Shown one piece after another: positions 42,778 to 52,697 of a stretch of DNA of 64,000 nucleotides. Position 1 is the first letter of the stretch, and every line of letters starts with the position of its first letter. Origin of the DNA: Candidatus Eremiobacteria bacterium. Lineage in GTDB: Bacteria; Vulcanimicrobiota; Vulcanimicrobiia; Vulcanimicrobiales; Vulcanimicrobiaceae. The position numbers and the translations under genes were made by a program. Location of the stretch: the NCBI GenBank assembly GCA_963737065.1, contig CAVTRC010000002.1, positions 416,001 through 480,000 of the forward strand, read 5' to 3'. The notes under the pieces were generated by a model. It was not told the DNA's origin. It was given only the letters and a program-made list of their open reading frames with translations, and did not search any database.

Positions 42778-44859
42778 ATGGCTCAGTCTCAACCTGAGCC
42801 GCTCGAAGGGTTCAGCGCGCGGGTGCTTACCGATTCGGTAAGCCCCGCCGGCATTCGCTTAACAACGATGGAAGTTCGCTTCCCTCGTTTTGTTTTGAGC
42901 GAATTTAACACCCATCGTACGTTTTGTCTCGACGGCGATGTGCAATTGTATTTCGACTTGCCGAGCGGCAAGAAATCGAGGCACGGAACGCGTCGTTTCA
43001 TGATGACGTTGCGAGAGCTCTATGAGAAGTGGCACGAAGGCGGCGGGGTCGATCTGCTTACACGACGCGTCAACATTCCGCGTGTCAATATTCCGAAGCA
43101 CGGGTACCGCGTTAGGGGCCTTGACGTTGCTCACTGGCTTTATGATGAACAGCGCAACATCAACCGTCAGCCAATCCGTGAGAGGCTAAAAACCATGATG
43201 CTTCGCTCGTGCGACGAGCGTACGGGCGAGATTTACCACACGCGCGTGCGTGACGTTTGCTATGCGGGTCCGAAGGACGTTTTTAAAGTAATCCTCGAGG
43301 ACGGGCGCGCCATCATGTCGTCGAAAGACCACCTGTTCTTCACTGCCGAAGGATGGCAGCGCCTAGAGGATGCCATCGGGCTCGAGCTCTCCCGTAACGG
43401 CGTTGCGACATGGACCAAAGCCACAAAATTCGCAGTGAATGGGCGGGAGGCGTACCGAGATCCGAATTGGCTTCGCGCCCGCCGTGATGATGGGCACTCC
43501 GCTAAGGCGATAGCTGAACTCGCAGGCGTTAGCATCGACCAGATCAAGTATCAATTTCGCAAACACGAGATTCGCGTCTCAAACCTTCGTCTCGTGTGGA
43601 AGCGATCGCACGAGAAAGAGCCGTGGAACAAAGGCCGCCGCTACAGCAACATAAAGACACGCGGCGTACCGAGCAAAGCTCGCGTGCGTCGAGGCGAGCA
43701 GTCGCATTTGTGGCGCGGCGGTATTACGCAGGAGCGCAAGCTCATCGGCCGATGGACGCGGAGCGAAGCCTTTCGTGTGCACCGCGCAAACGGCTTCAAG
43801 TGCGTGCTTTGTGGCGGCGGTCAAAAACTTCACGCACACCACGTCGATCCGGTCGCGCACAATCCCGCGCGCGCTTGCGATCCGCTCAACCTTACGAGTG
43901 TTTGCGCACAATGTCGCGGTGAACTGCATCAGCGGAACATCGAGCTCGTGTTGCTTCAGTTCGTCGAAGCGGGTGGCGCCTTCGCCGACTTCTGGCAGCA
44001 TGTAGGCGGTATGCGCCTTCGCAAACCGTACCAGCCGAAGAAGAAGCGTGCGATCGTTCGGCACTTCTTAGGCCTACGATCCGTCGAATACATTGGCGTC
44101 CGTGATACGTACGACGTCGAGGTCGAGGGCCCGTATCATAACTTTGTGGCCGATGGGTTCGTCGTCCACAACTCACGAAACAGTGCCAGCAGCCGCGCTG
44201 TCCCAACCAATAAAATGATCGAGCGCGTGTTGAACAATCCCGCCATGCCGGTTGAATGGGGTGTAAATAAGCCGGGAATGTCGGCGAGCGAAGCGCTCGA
44301 CGCTCAACAAGCGCAACACGCGCGAACCGAATGGTTGCGCGCCCGCGACGACGCCGTCGAACACGTGCGCAACTTGCAGAAATTTAACGTTCACAAGCAG
44401 ATCATCAACCGCATTCTCGAACCGTTCATGTGGCACACGGTAATCGTAACGGCGACGGAATGGGAGAATTTTTACAGTTTGCGATGCGCGCCGAATGCGC
44501 AGCCCGAGATCCGCGTTGCCGCCGAACTGATGCGTCATGCGATGAAGGGATCGCAGCCGCGAACGGTTTGCTCAGGCGACTGGCATCTGCCGCTCGTTCA
44601 GGATGACGAACGCGGTTTACCGATTGAAGCGCTGAAGAAGATCAGCGCCGCGCGATGCGCTCGCGTGTCGTATCTGACTCACGACGGAACGCGCGACATC
44701 GAAAAGGACATCGAGCTGTGCGGCCGCTTGCTCACTGACCGGCATCTAAGCCCGTTCGAACACGTCGCGACGCCCGCGGGCGACGCGCGTTTTCATGCGA
44801 ACGTTCGCGGCTGGATACAGATGCGGGCTGCGATCGAACGGCTTGCCGCAGCGACATAA
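42778..44859 (+). CDS. thyX: FAD-dependent thymidylate synthase ThyX, intein-containing
   Basis: Exteins join to EFNTHRTF|SRNSASSRAVP. Also HKQ..NR.LEP, AQPEI, SAARCARVSY, H.SPFEH. Confidence 0.92.
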   Translation: MAQSQPEPLEGFSARVLTDSVSPAGIRLTTMEVRFPRFVLSEFNTHRTFCLDGDVQLYFDLPSGKKSRHGTRRFMMTLRELYEKWHEGGGVDLLTRRVNIPRVNIPKHGYRVRGLDVAHWLYDEQRNINRQPIRERLKTMMLRSCDERTGEIYHTRVRDVCYAGPKDVFKVILEDGRAIMSSKDHLFFTAEGWQRLEDAIGLELSRNGVATWTKATKFAVNGREAYRDPNWLRARRDDGHSAKAIAELAGVSIDQIKYQFRKHEIRVSNLRLVWKRSHEKEPWNKGRRYSNIKTRGVPSKARVRRGEQSHLWRGGITQERKLIGRWTRSEAFRVHRANGFKCVLCGGGQKLHAHHVDPVAHNPARACDPLNLTSVCAQCRGELHQRNIELVLLQFVEAGGAFADFWQHVGGMRLRKPYQPKKKRAIVRHFLGLRSVEYIGVRDTYDVEVEGPYHNFVADGFVVHNSRNSASSRAVPTNKMIERVLNNPAMPVEWGVNKPGMSASEALDAQQAQHARTEWLRARDDAVEHVRNLQKFNVHKQIINRILEPFMWHTVIVTATEWENFYSLRCAPNAQPEIRVAAELMRHAMKGSQPRTVCSGDWHLPLVQDDERGLPIEALKKISAARCARVSYLTHDGTRDIEKDIELCGRLLTDRHLSPFEHVATPAGDARFHANVRGWIQMRAAIERLAAAT
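42925..44172 (+). mobile_element. Intein (416 aa) in ThyX carrying an HNH endonuclease domain
   Basis: C-L-D-G start, SKDH block B, YDVEV.GPYHNFVADGFVVHN|S end, internal PWNKG and CVLCG...HAHHVDP...NL..VCAQC...H. Confidence 0.93.
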
Positions 44860-45052
44860 CGCTACCGCGAACACGACGTATCTTCGCAGCACACGGACGC
44901 CATAATAGTGCCCGCACTAGCATCACGCTGGACATTAAGTCAAAATTTGTGTCGGGACAATTGCCAAGCTGTTTCCGTTGTGCGATAACATGATGCGATC
45001 GAGCGCTTCTTGTAGGCGCTCGCAATATCGCATCTGACTTACGGGTGAGCGT

Positions 45053-46516
45053 TTGACTACACAGATCCCTGATCGTCCATTGCTTTTGGACGAATCCGTT
45101 TCGGGCATTTCTCGCGACGCACTGAGTTACATTCCATACGCGTTAGCGGAGCGATATTGCGTGCTTGCGTATCGCGCCGATGGAGCCGGCCTGCACGTCT
45201 TCGTTCCCGATGTGCACGACGATGAGACGCTCGACCGGATTCGCAATGTTTCGGGAAAGCCGGTCGTCGCCCATGAAGCATCCGCAACTGTCCTTCGTGC
45301 GCGAATCGCGACCGCGTATCGAGTCGATCGGCTGCCCGTTGGTGAGCTCGGCGAGACCGCGCCCGCTATCCGAACCGTGGATGAACTCCATGAGGCGGCA
45401 GTTAGAGCGCGCGCCTCGGACATTCACATCGAGCCGTCTGACAAAGGCGGTCGCGTGCGACATCGCGTCGATGGAATACTGTTCGAGACGCGTACTCTGC
45501 CGCCCGATCTTTTTACGCACGTTGTTTCGCGGATCAAGCTGCTCGCCGCAATGGATATCGCAGATCGGCGCCAGCCACAAGACGGCCGTTATGGCCTTAC
45601 CGTTGACGGCCGCTCCATCGACGCGCGCGTCTCTTCTATGCCCACCATTGACGGCGAGAAGCTCGTCGTACGTATCCTTGATCTGCACGCGCGCATTCCG
45701 ACCCTTGAAGAGCTCGGCATGTCATCGGGAGTGCTGACGGGGTACCGCGAGCTCCTTCATTCTCCGTATGGATTCATTGTCGTGTGCGGTCCGACGGGCA
45801 GTGGAAAGACGACAACGCTCTACGCGTCTCTTTCGGAGCGCAACCTCGTCGGGCAGCAGATCAGCACCGTTGAAGACCCCGTTGAAGTCCGAATACCCGG
45901 CATAGCGCAAGTGCAAGTAAACGAACGTGCAGGGATGACCTTCGCCGCGGCTCTTCGCTCGTTTTTGCGGCAAGATCCAAACGTATTAATGGTTGGCGAA
46001 ATGCGGGACGGTGAAACGGCGAAGGTGGCGTTATCTGCGTCGCTTTCCGGGCAGCTCGTAATGACGACGCTTCACGCGAGCGATGCACCGAGGGCCGTCG
46101 AACGGCTCAACGAGTTGGGCGCCGAACGCCACGCAGTCGCGGCCGGATTGTCGGCTATTGTAGCGCAGCGGCTCGTCCGTCGGTTGTGTCCGACGTGTCG
46201 CGAACGCACGCAATTACCGATACGAGACGCGCATGCACTTGGAATCGCTGCCGGCACGCCGGCATACACGTCTAGCGGCTGCAGTGCGTGCGATGGGAAA
46301 GGCTATCGAGGACGCATTGCCATCTTCGAGCTTCTCCCGATCACGCACGATATCCGCGATGCCATCGCTTCGGGCGCGTCCTCCGCTACGGTGGCCGAAC
46401 TCGCCCGGAATGTCGGATACAAACCGATGCTGCTCGATGGAATAGCGCATTTGCTCTCGGGCGAAACGACTGTGGAAGAATTGCAGCGCGTGCTAACGTT
46501 CGAGTGGCAGCGGTGA
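45053..46516 (+). CDS. pilB: Type IV pilus assembly ATPase PilB/GspE family
   Basis: ASDIHIEP, R.PQDGR, GPTGSGKTTTLY, TVEDPVE, LRQDP, Zn-binding CxxC pairs. Confidence 0.93.
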   Translation: MTTQIPDRPLLLDESVSGISRDALSYIPYALAERYCVLAYRADGAGLHVFVPDVHDDETLDRIRNVSGKPVVAHEASATVLRARIATAYRVDRLPVGELGETAPAIRTVDELHEAAVRARASDIHIEPSDKGGRVRHRVDGILFETRTLPPDLFTHVVSRIKLLAAMDIADRRQPQDGRYGLTVDGRSIDARVSSMPTIDGEKLVVRILDLHARIPTLEELGMSSGVLTGYRELLHSPYGFIVVCGPTGSGKTTTLYASLSERNLVGQQISTVEDPVEVRIPGIAQVQVNERAGMTFAAALRSFLRQDPNVLMVGEMRDGETAKVALSASLSGQLVMTTLHASDAPRAVERLNELGAERHAVAAGLSAIVAQRLVRRLCPTCRERTQLPIRDAHALGIAAGTPAYTSSGCSACDGKGYRGRIAIFELLPITHDIRDAIASGASSATVAELARNVGYKPMLLDGIAHLLSGETTVEELQRVLTFEWQR

Positions 46517-47592
46517 ACCAAAGCTTTTCCGAGATTCGATTCAACGATCTGCTCTACTTGGCGCACGCTCGTTCTGCCTCCGACATCCATCTGGTAGCCG
46601 GCGTGCGCGCATCGATTCGGGTCGATGGCGCGCTCGAATACGCGGACGGTCCCCTCGTGAGCAGCGATGATACGTTGACGCTAGCGCGCTTGCTGCTGGA
46701 CGAGCGCGCACGATCGACACTGCGTGATAAAGGCGATGTCACCTGCACGTCGAGTGATGGAGGAAGCGGACTGATGCGGGTGCACGCGCTGCGTGCCCGG
46801 GACGATGTTGCACTATCGATTCGTTTGCTGCCGCGCAGCATACCGAAAATGGAGGGCCTGCACCTGCCGGCTGTTGTGCAGGCACTCGTGCAAAAGCAGC
46901 GCGGCCTCATTCTTTTTGCCGGCCCGACGGGAAGCGGTAAATCGACGTCTATGGCCGCGCTCATCGACGAAATGAATCGAACGATGGCGCGACGCGTCAT
47001 AACAATCGAAGATCCGATCGAATACCGCCACGTTAGTGACCGGTGCATCATCGTACAGCGCGAAGTCGGACGTGATGTACCGAGCTTCTCAGATGCCGTG
47101 ATCGGTACGTTGCGAGCAGACCCGGACGTGATCATGATCGGCGAAATGCGCGATGCTGCAACCATCCGCGCTGCCATGACGGCTGCTGAAACAGGCCACC
47201 TGGTGTTGTCGACGCTGCACACGGGTGATGCGGTTCAGACGGTGGACCGTATTGTCGAAGCTTTCAGTGGAAATGAACAGTCGCAGATACGCGCGCAGCT
47301 CGCAACGGCTCTCGTCGCGATCGTATGTCAGCGGCTCTTACCGCGTGCGTCCGGAACCGGCAGGCGGGTCGCAGCTGAAGTCTTGGTCGCGACGGACGCG
47401 GCGCGCGCGATTATTCGCGAGGGGCGTATGCATCAGTTGCGAAACGTCATGCTGACGGGGCGACATGCGGGAATGCAGACGCTCGAGCAGCATCTGAGCG
47501 TATTGCTGTCGGACCACATCATCTGCGATTCTGCTGCAGCGGCTGCCTGTGAGCGCCATAACGAGTTACCGGAAAGCCGCGCAGTCCGATAA
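46513..47592 (+). CDS. pilT: Type IV pilus retraction ATPase
   Basis: ASDIHL, GPTGSGKSTS, TIEDPIEY, QREVG, AAETGHLV.STLH, IIREG, GMQTLE. Confidence 0.92.
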   Translation: MNQSFSEIRFNDLLYLAHARSASDIHLVAGVRASIRVDGALEYADGPLVSSDDTLTLARLLLDERARSTLRDKGDVTCTSSDGGSGLMRVHALRARDDVALSIRLLPRSIPKMEGLHLPAVVQALVQKQRGLILFAGPTGSGKSTSMAALIDEMNRTMARRVITIEDPIEYRHVSDRCIIVQREVGRDVPSFSDAVIGTLRADPDVIMIGEMRDAATIRAAMTAAETGHLVLSTLHTGDAVQTVDRIVEAFSGNEQSQIRAQLATALVAIVCQRLLPRASGTGRRVAAEVLVATDAARAIIREGRMHQLRNVMLTGRHAGMQTLEQHLSVLLSDHIICDSAAAAACERHNELPESRAVR

Positions 47593-47593
47593 G

Positions 47594-48814
47594 ATGCCCG
47601 CAATCTATTCCTACACCGCGCGAAATGCGCAGGGCCGATTCGTCGCGGGCTCCATGCACGCCGAATCCGCGGATCACGCGCTCGCACATTTGCGCACGCG
47701 TTCGCTGTTCGTCACGTCGCTCGCGCCAAGCGGCGCCGCGAAAGCGACCGCCGTCGCGCTGGTCACGCTTTTCCCCGTTAATGCATCCGCTCGTCTGGCT
47801 TTCTTCAGATCGCTCGCGACGTTACTGAGCGCCGGCGTCACCCTTCGGCGCGCACTTGAGGTCTCCATCGAAGAGTGTGCCGACCGGCGGCTCGCAGAAG
47901 CGCTTCGTTCCGTCGCCAGCGACATCGAAAGCGGAACGGCCTTGTCGAGCGCAATGTCCAGGCGTCCGCGAGAGTTTCCGCACCTATTCGTCGCTATGAT
48001 AAGAGCGGGCGAATTGGGCGGTGTGCTGGATGAAGTACTCGAGCGGCTTGCCACGATGCTCGAGCTCGATCGTGCCATGCGAAAACGACTCTCCGCCGCG
48101 CTCGCTTATCCGGCTGTCGTAGCATGTTGCGCGATTGCGCTCGTTCTGCTTCTCGTTGCGAACATCGTTCCGGCGTTCGCCGGCCTGTTCGCCGAAATGC
48201 ATGTCAGCCTTCCGCTTACGACGAGGCTTTTAATTGCGGTCGGAACGACACTGACGTCGCCGCTCGCGGATGTCGCTATCCTCGCAACGATAGCGGCCGC
48301 CGTTGCCGCTATCCGAACCGCGCGATCGCAGCCGCGGTTAGCGCCGTGGTTCGATGCCGTGCTCTTACGAATTCCCGTCGCCGGTACGATCCTCAGAAAG
48401 TCTATTATTGCTCGCGTATCGCGCACGCTTGGAACGCTGCTGCGATCCGGCGTCCCGATTCTCGATGCATTGAATTCGTGTGAGGACGTGGTCGGGAACG
48501 CGTTGTACGGCCGAGCCGTCGCGTCCGTCGGCGCAGCGTTGCGTGAAGGCCATCCGATGACGGCGCCGCTCGATAAAAGCGGTCTTTTCGAGCCCATCGC
48601 TCTTCAACTCGTTCGCGTCGGCGAAGAGACCGGGACGCTCGATGCGATGCTTCTTCGCATCGCCGAATACTTCGAAGTCGACGTCGAGACGTCGATCGCT
48701 GCGCTGGGAAGTATCGTCGAACCCATGCTGATCTTGATCTTGGGTTCCGTAGTCGGAACCATTGTCGCTTCTGTTCTCATCCCACTCTATTCCATTATAG
48801 GGAGCATAAAGTGA
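47594..48814 (+). CDS. pilC: Type IV pilus platform protein PilC/GspF
   Basis: LATLL.AG, MIRAGE.GG.LD.VL.RLA, AL.YP, VGEETG.LD.ML, EP. Confidence 0.95.
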   Translation: MPAIYSYTARNAQGRFVAGSMHAESADHALAHLRTRSLFVTSLAPSGAAKATAVALVTLFPVNASARLAFFRSLATLLSAGVTLRRALEVSIEECADRRLAEALRSVASDIESGTALSSAMSRRPREFPHLFVAMIRAGELGGVLDEVLERLATMLELDRAMRKRLSAALAYPAVVACCAIALVLLLVANIVPAFAGLFAEMHVSLPLTTRLLIAVGTTLTSPLADVAILATIAAAVAAIRTARSQPRLAPWFDAVLLRIPVAGTILRKSIIARVSRTLGTLLRSGVPILDALNSCEDVVGNALYGRAVASVGAALREGHPMTAPLDKSGLFEPIALQLVRVGEETGTLDAMLLRIAEYFEVDVETSIAALGSIVEPMLILILGSVVGTIVASVLIPLYSIIGSIK

Positions 48815-49485
48815 TCGCGCTGAAAGCCAGCCGAGACGAAATAATCGAACGCCATCATTACCTCTGTGCGCGAGCGGCGAGGAAATTCTTCCGAGACGGC
48901 GTGGAACGCGCGGATTTGGAACAGATCGCCGCGATCGGACTGATCAAAGCAGCCGATCGATACGACGACGCGCAAGGGACGCCGTTCGAGGCATACGCAT
49001 GGGTACTCATTCTTGGCGAACTGATGCACTACGTTCGCGACGCTGAACGGCTCTTGCGCGCTCCTCGCCGGATCCGCGATCTTGAACGGCGATGGGCGAC
49101 TGCGGAGCATCAACTATTGATCCAGCTCGAACGAGAGCCAAACGGCTATGAGATCGCAGCATACTTAGGTCTAACGGCGAGCGAAGAACAAGAGGTGCAG
49201 CGCTATCGCGCAGCGCGTGCCGTAATGTCAATGGAGACGTTGCTGCCGTACCAGCAAGGCGTTCTTTCCTACACCATCGATCAGCAGTTGGACCGGTTGA
49301 TGCTCGAATCGGTTATGGAGGCGCTTTCGTCCGTGGAACGGCAGATTCTCATTGAGATTTATCAGCACGATACGCCGGTTCAACAGATCGCCGACCGCTT
49401 AGGCTATTCCCGCCGGCACATCGCACGATTACACCGGGACGCGCTGAAGAAGCTTTCTCCGCTAACCGGTCCCATTTCGGCATAA
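48811..49485 (+). CDS. RNA polymerase sigma factor, SigB/SigF/SigG-like (group 3)
   Basis: DLEQ...IGLIKA.DRYD...G..FEAYA...I.GE..HY.RD, REP...EIA..LG, region 4 IADRLGYS..H..RL...AL.KL. Confidence 0.9.
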   Translation: MIALKASRDEIIERHHYLCARAARKFFRDGVERADLEQIAAIGLIKAADRYDDAQGTPFEAYAWVLILGELMHYVRDAERLLRAPRRIRDLERRWATAEHQLLIQLEREPNGYEIAAYLGLTASEEQEVQRYRAARAVMSMETLLPYQQGVLSYTIDQQLDRLMLESVMEALSSVERQILIEIYQHDTPVQQIADRLGYSRRHIARLHRDALKKLSPLTGPISA

Positions 49486-49506
49486 ATCGGGCACGTACCG
49501 TTTCGA

Positions 49507-49980
49507 ATGAAGCGATATAAGCCTAACGGCATGGAGCGACAAGGGGAGCGCGGCTTTACGTTAATCGAAATGATGATCGTCGTCGCGATCATCGCGATTC
49601 TCGTCGCTATTCTCGTGCCGAATTTCATGAGAGCACGCGCACAGGCGCAAACTGCAGCGTGCGAAGCAAACCTCAAGGAAATTGCGACGGCGCTGGAATT
49701 GTATCAAACGGATCATCAGCAATATCCGAACGTTACGTCCGCTACGAGCGTCACGAGTTCTGAGCCGAACCTCGGCCCATATTTACGTCAGACACCGGTC
49801 GATCCCGTGGCCCCAACCGGAAACTATACCTACCAGGTGCAGAATGCCGACTCGGGCACCGCTTCATACACGATCACATGTCCCGGTAGCCACGATCCGG
49901 CTACGCTGACGGCTATTGGCGGCAGCAATTCGAAGACCGGCATTCAGTACACGTCAGCCAACGGTTTCTCCGCGCAGTAA
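49507..49980 (+). CDS. Type IV pilin / ComGC-like (start may be 49531)
   Basis: Class III signal ERG|FTLIEMMIVVAIIAILVAILVPN and two Cys. Confidence 0.93.
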   Translation: MKRYKPNGMERQGERGFTLIEMMIVVAIIAILVAILVPNFMRARAQAQTAACEANLKEIATALELYQTDHQQYPNVTSATSVTSSEPNLGPYLRQTPVDPVAPTGNYTYQVQNADSGTASYTITCPGSHDPATLTAIGGSNSKTGIQYTSANGFSAQ

Positions 49981-49986
49981 GACGGA

Positions 49987-50634
49987 ATGGATATCGTCGA
50001 CACAGCTTTGAAGTTCGCACCCAGCGGTAGTCCGGCATCGTATCTGTTCGCGCTGATCGCAGGGGCCGCAACGAGTGTCGGCCCGTGCGTCGCACCTCGA
50101 TACGTTGCCGTTGCCGCGATTTCAAACGGCACGCGGGCCGGCCGACTCTCGCGTTTGGGCGCCTTTGTGGCCGGAACGATAGCATTCTCCGTTGCGATTG
50201 CGTCGATCGGCTCGCTCCTCATTCACATTGCGCGGTTTTCACCACTTGTCTACTGGTCGCTTTCGTTCTCACTAGTCGTCTGCGGCGCGCGTGGGCTTTG
50301 GCTTGGTGGAGGACACGCTTGTGGTCGTCGGGACGGTTCTATCCCGAGCACGGGCGGAGCGTTTTTGCTCGGAGCTGCGACGTCAACGACCATATCGCCC
50401 TGCTGCACGCCGGTGCTGATTGCTTTCGGCGCGCTCGGAGGCGCCTCGCTCACTCCCGAACGCGTGGTCGCACTTATGGCGGCGTATCTGGCCGGACACA
50501 TTGCACCCGCGTTATTGCTGTATACCAGTGCGACTGCGGCTCGCGCGATGACCGCGGTGTCGCGGGATGCGGCCGCGACGGTCGCTGCCGCCGTCACGAT
50601 CGCGCTTGGGCTATACTATGCGGTGCTTGCGTGA
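49987..50634 (+). CDS. CcdA/DsbD-beta-like membrane thiol-redox protein
   Basis: Multiple TM helices with GPCVAP and SPCCTP motifs. Confidence 0.8.
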   Translation: MDIVDTALKFAPSGSPASYLFALIAGAATSVGPCVAPRYVAVAAISNGTRAGRLSRLGAFVAGTIAFSVAIASIGSLLIHIARFSPLVYWSLSFSLVVCGARGLWLGGGHACGRRDGSIPSTGGAFLLGAATSTTISPCCTPVLIAFGALGGASLTPERVVALMAAYLAGHIAPALLLYTSATAARAMTAVSRDAAATVAAAVTIALGLYYAVLA

Positions 50635-51161
50635 GCGTTTCGACGGTTCGCGGGCGCACGGTTCTAACGACGTTTGCACTCATAGTGGCGGGCATATTGC
50701 TGCGCGCGCAACTGTCCTCGGCGCTCGTCACGCGAGGCGACTCGCTGGCTTATTGGGGTGAACGCTCGCAGGCGCGAGCGATGTACGCCCGCGCGCTCGT
50801 GCTCGATCGAACCAATCGTGTAGCAGCCGACCGATATGCATTTGACGCGTCGATTTCAAACAACGCGTCCGTTATCCGAAGCGGCGTAACGGTTGCAAGC
50901 CGATATCTGTCGCGAAATCCGGACGACGGTATCCTGTTGATGGATCGCGCTCTGTGCTATCAACATGAAGGTACGCTTGCACGTGCCATCGCGGATTTTC
51001 AACGCGCGGGGCGGATCGAACATGATCCGCGAGCGTTCATGTTCGCGGCTTTGGACGAGCGCACACTGCGGCACTCGGGGCGCGCACGCCGGCTCTTGAA
51101 AGACGCGATCGCGCTCGATCCAACGTTCCAACCCGCGCGCGTGGAGTTAGCGCGAACGTAG
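50631..51161 (+). CDS. Membrane-anchored TPR protein
   Basis: N-terminal hydrophobic helix and TPR-like A..Y.RAL.LD and AIALDP motifs. GTGA overlap. Confidence 0.75.
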   Translation: MSVSTVRGRTVLTTFALIVAGILLRAQLSSALVTRGDSLAYWGERSQARAMYARALVLDRTNRVAADRYAFDASISNNASVIRSGVTVASRYLSRNPDDGILLMDRALCYQHEGTLARAIADFQRAGRIEHDPRAFMFAALDERTLRHSGRARRLLKDAIALDPTFQPARVELART

Positions 51162-51162
51162 C

Positions 51163-51744
51163 ATGAGCTGGTTATACTTTTGTTGTTCCGGCGTGCTATT
51201 TGCGTTCGTCGGTTCCGTTCACGCGAAACGCATGGGTGACGCGTTCAATGCGTTCATCTTAATTCCGTTCGCTGCAGCGGCGATTGCCGCCATAGCGGTG
51301 TCCGGGCCACGGACGACGGTTCCCGTGTGTCTCGTGCTCGCGTCCGTATGCGTTTGCGCCGCGAGCGACTCTTCGTCAGGCTATGTCTATGATGTCGTGA
51401 CGTATCCCAGTTTATTGTTCGTGCTCCTCGCTTCCGTGTACGCGGGAACGCTAAGTTCCACGGCGCTCTGGGCATGCTTGTCGTTTGCTTCGCTCGCGCT
51501 GTTTGCCGTATTGACCCGTCAACGGGCGTTCGGGTTTGGTGATGTGAAGCTGTTCACCGTCGTCGGCGCCGGTTTAGGGCCGTTGTTTTTCGGCGTGCTG
51601 GGGGGCGCGTTCGTAATCGGCGCATGCGTGGTCGCGGTCGCGCTTTTGCGAGGACGCATCCGGTTCGGTGAGACGGTTCCGTTCGCGCCCTTCATTGCAA
51701 TCGCGACGATTCTTTCACTTCCGTGTGAAAGGCTGCTCGGGTGA
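51163..51744 (+). CDS. Prepilin peptidase (A24), short form
   Basis: D......D motif, GFGDVKL, VPFAPFIA. Lacks the N-terminal Cys methylase domain. Confidence 0.85.
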   Translation: MSWLYFCCSGVLFAFVGSVHAKRMGDAFNAFILIPFAAAAIAAIAVSGPRTTVPVCLVLASVCVCAASDSSSGYVYDVVTYPSLLFVLLASVYAGTLSSTALWACLSFASLALFAVLTRQRAFGFGDVKLFTVVGAGLGPLFFGVLGGAFVIGACVVAVALLRGRIRFGETVPFAPFIAIATILSLPCERLLG

Positions 51745-52697
51745 GCCGGTACCGGACACTACCGCTCGGAGTCGACCTCGGATCGTCGCGCGTTCGCGTC
51801 GCGCTCTCCGAAGCTGCCTCCGCGGACCACGTGCGCCTGAGGGCCGTGTCGGCACGCGATATCCCGGATGACGTTCGTCAGGATCGGCCGCTCCTCGCAG
51901 CGCTTATTGAGGACGTCGTCGCGGAACTCGGCGTACGCAAGCGCGCGTGCGTCACCGCTTTGGGAAGCGCTGATGCGACGTTGCGGGTCATACACTTTCC
52001 CAAAATGAGTTGGCACGAACGGCTCCGCGCCGCTCGTTACGAAGCGCAGCGGTTCGCCGCGTCAGGCGAACGTCCGGCGCTTGTCCGCGTGCACCGCGCA
52101 GTGCATCGGGACAATACGTTTGCGATCGGCGTTACGCGACAATCGGTCGTCAGCGATCGCGTCGCGCTCCTGAAACAGGCGCGCCTGCGTGTTGCCGCAG
52201 TGGACCACGATACGCTTGCACTCCGGCGCGCGATTCCGTTCGCTGATGCCGTTCTCGATATCGGAGCACATCGCTCGACACTTCACCATTACACGGCCGC
52301 CGCACCATTTTCGCAGTCGATCGCGATCGGCGGTGCGGACGTTACACGAAGCATCGCTCGCGAACTTTCAATCGACGCAGCAAGCGCTGAGCGACGGAAG
52401 CGGATATTGGGCTCGGCCGGCGCAGGCTCGGCGGTCCGGGATGAGTTGACTTCGGAATTTGCCGCAGTTATCGAGCGAGCTCGTGCGCGAGCTTCGATTG
52501 CGAGAATCGTGCTCGTTGGAAACGGCGCCCGTTTGCCGGCGCTTGCCTCGGAGATCGAACGCGCAACGGGAGCGATAACGGAACTGCTCGTTCCGCCGAT
52601 CCTCCAGACGGACGCATATCCCGAGGATGTCATTCGTTCCGCTGCGCCCGACTGGATACTGGCCGCGGCCTTAACGACTTGGAGTCTCGCCGCATAA
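51741..52697 (+). CDS. pilM: PilM-like actin-fold pilus assembly protein
   Basis: LGVDLGS, LDIGA, IGG...T..IA, AE..K, LVGNGARL. Confidence 0.82.
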   Translation: MSRYRTLPLGVDLGSSRVRVALSEAASADHVRLRAVSARDIPDDVRQDRPLLAALIEDVVAELGVRKRACVTALGSADATLRVIHFPKMSWHERLRAARYEAQRFAASGERPALVRVHRAVHRDNTFAIGVTRQSVVSDRVALLKQARLRVAAVDHDTLALRRAIPFADAVLDIGAHRSTLHHYTAAAPFSQSIAIGGADVTRSIARELSIDAASAERRKRILGSAGAGSAVRDELTSEFAAVIERARARASIARIVLVGNGARLPALASEIERATGAITELLVPPILQTDAYPEDVIRSAAPDWILAAALTTWSLAA

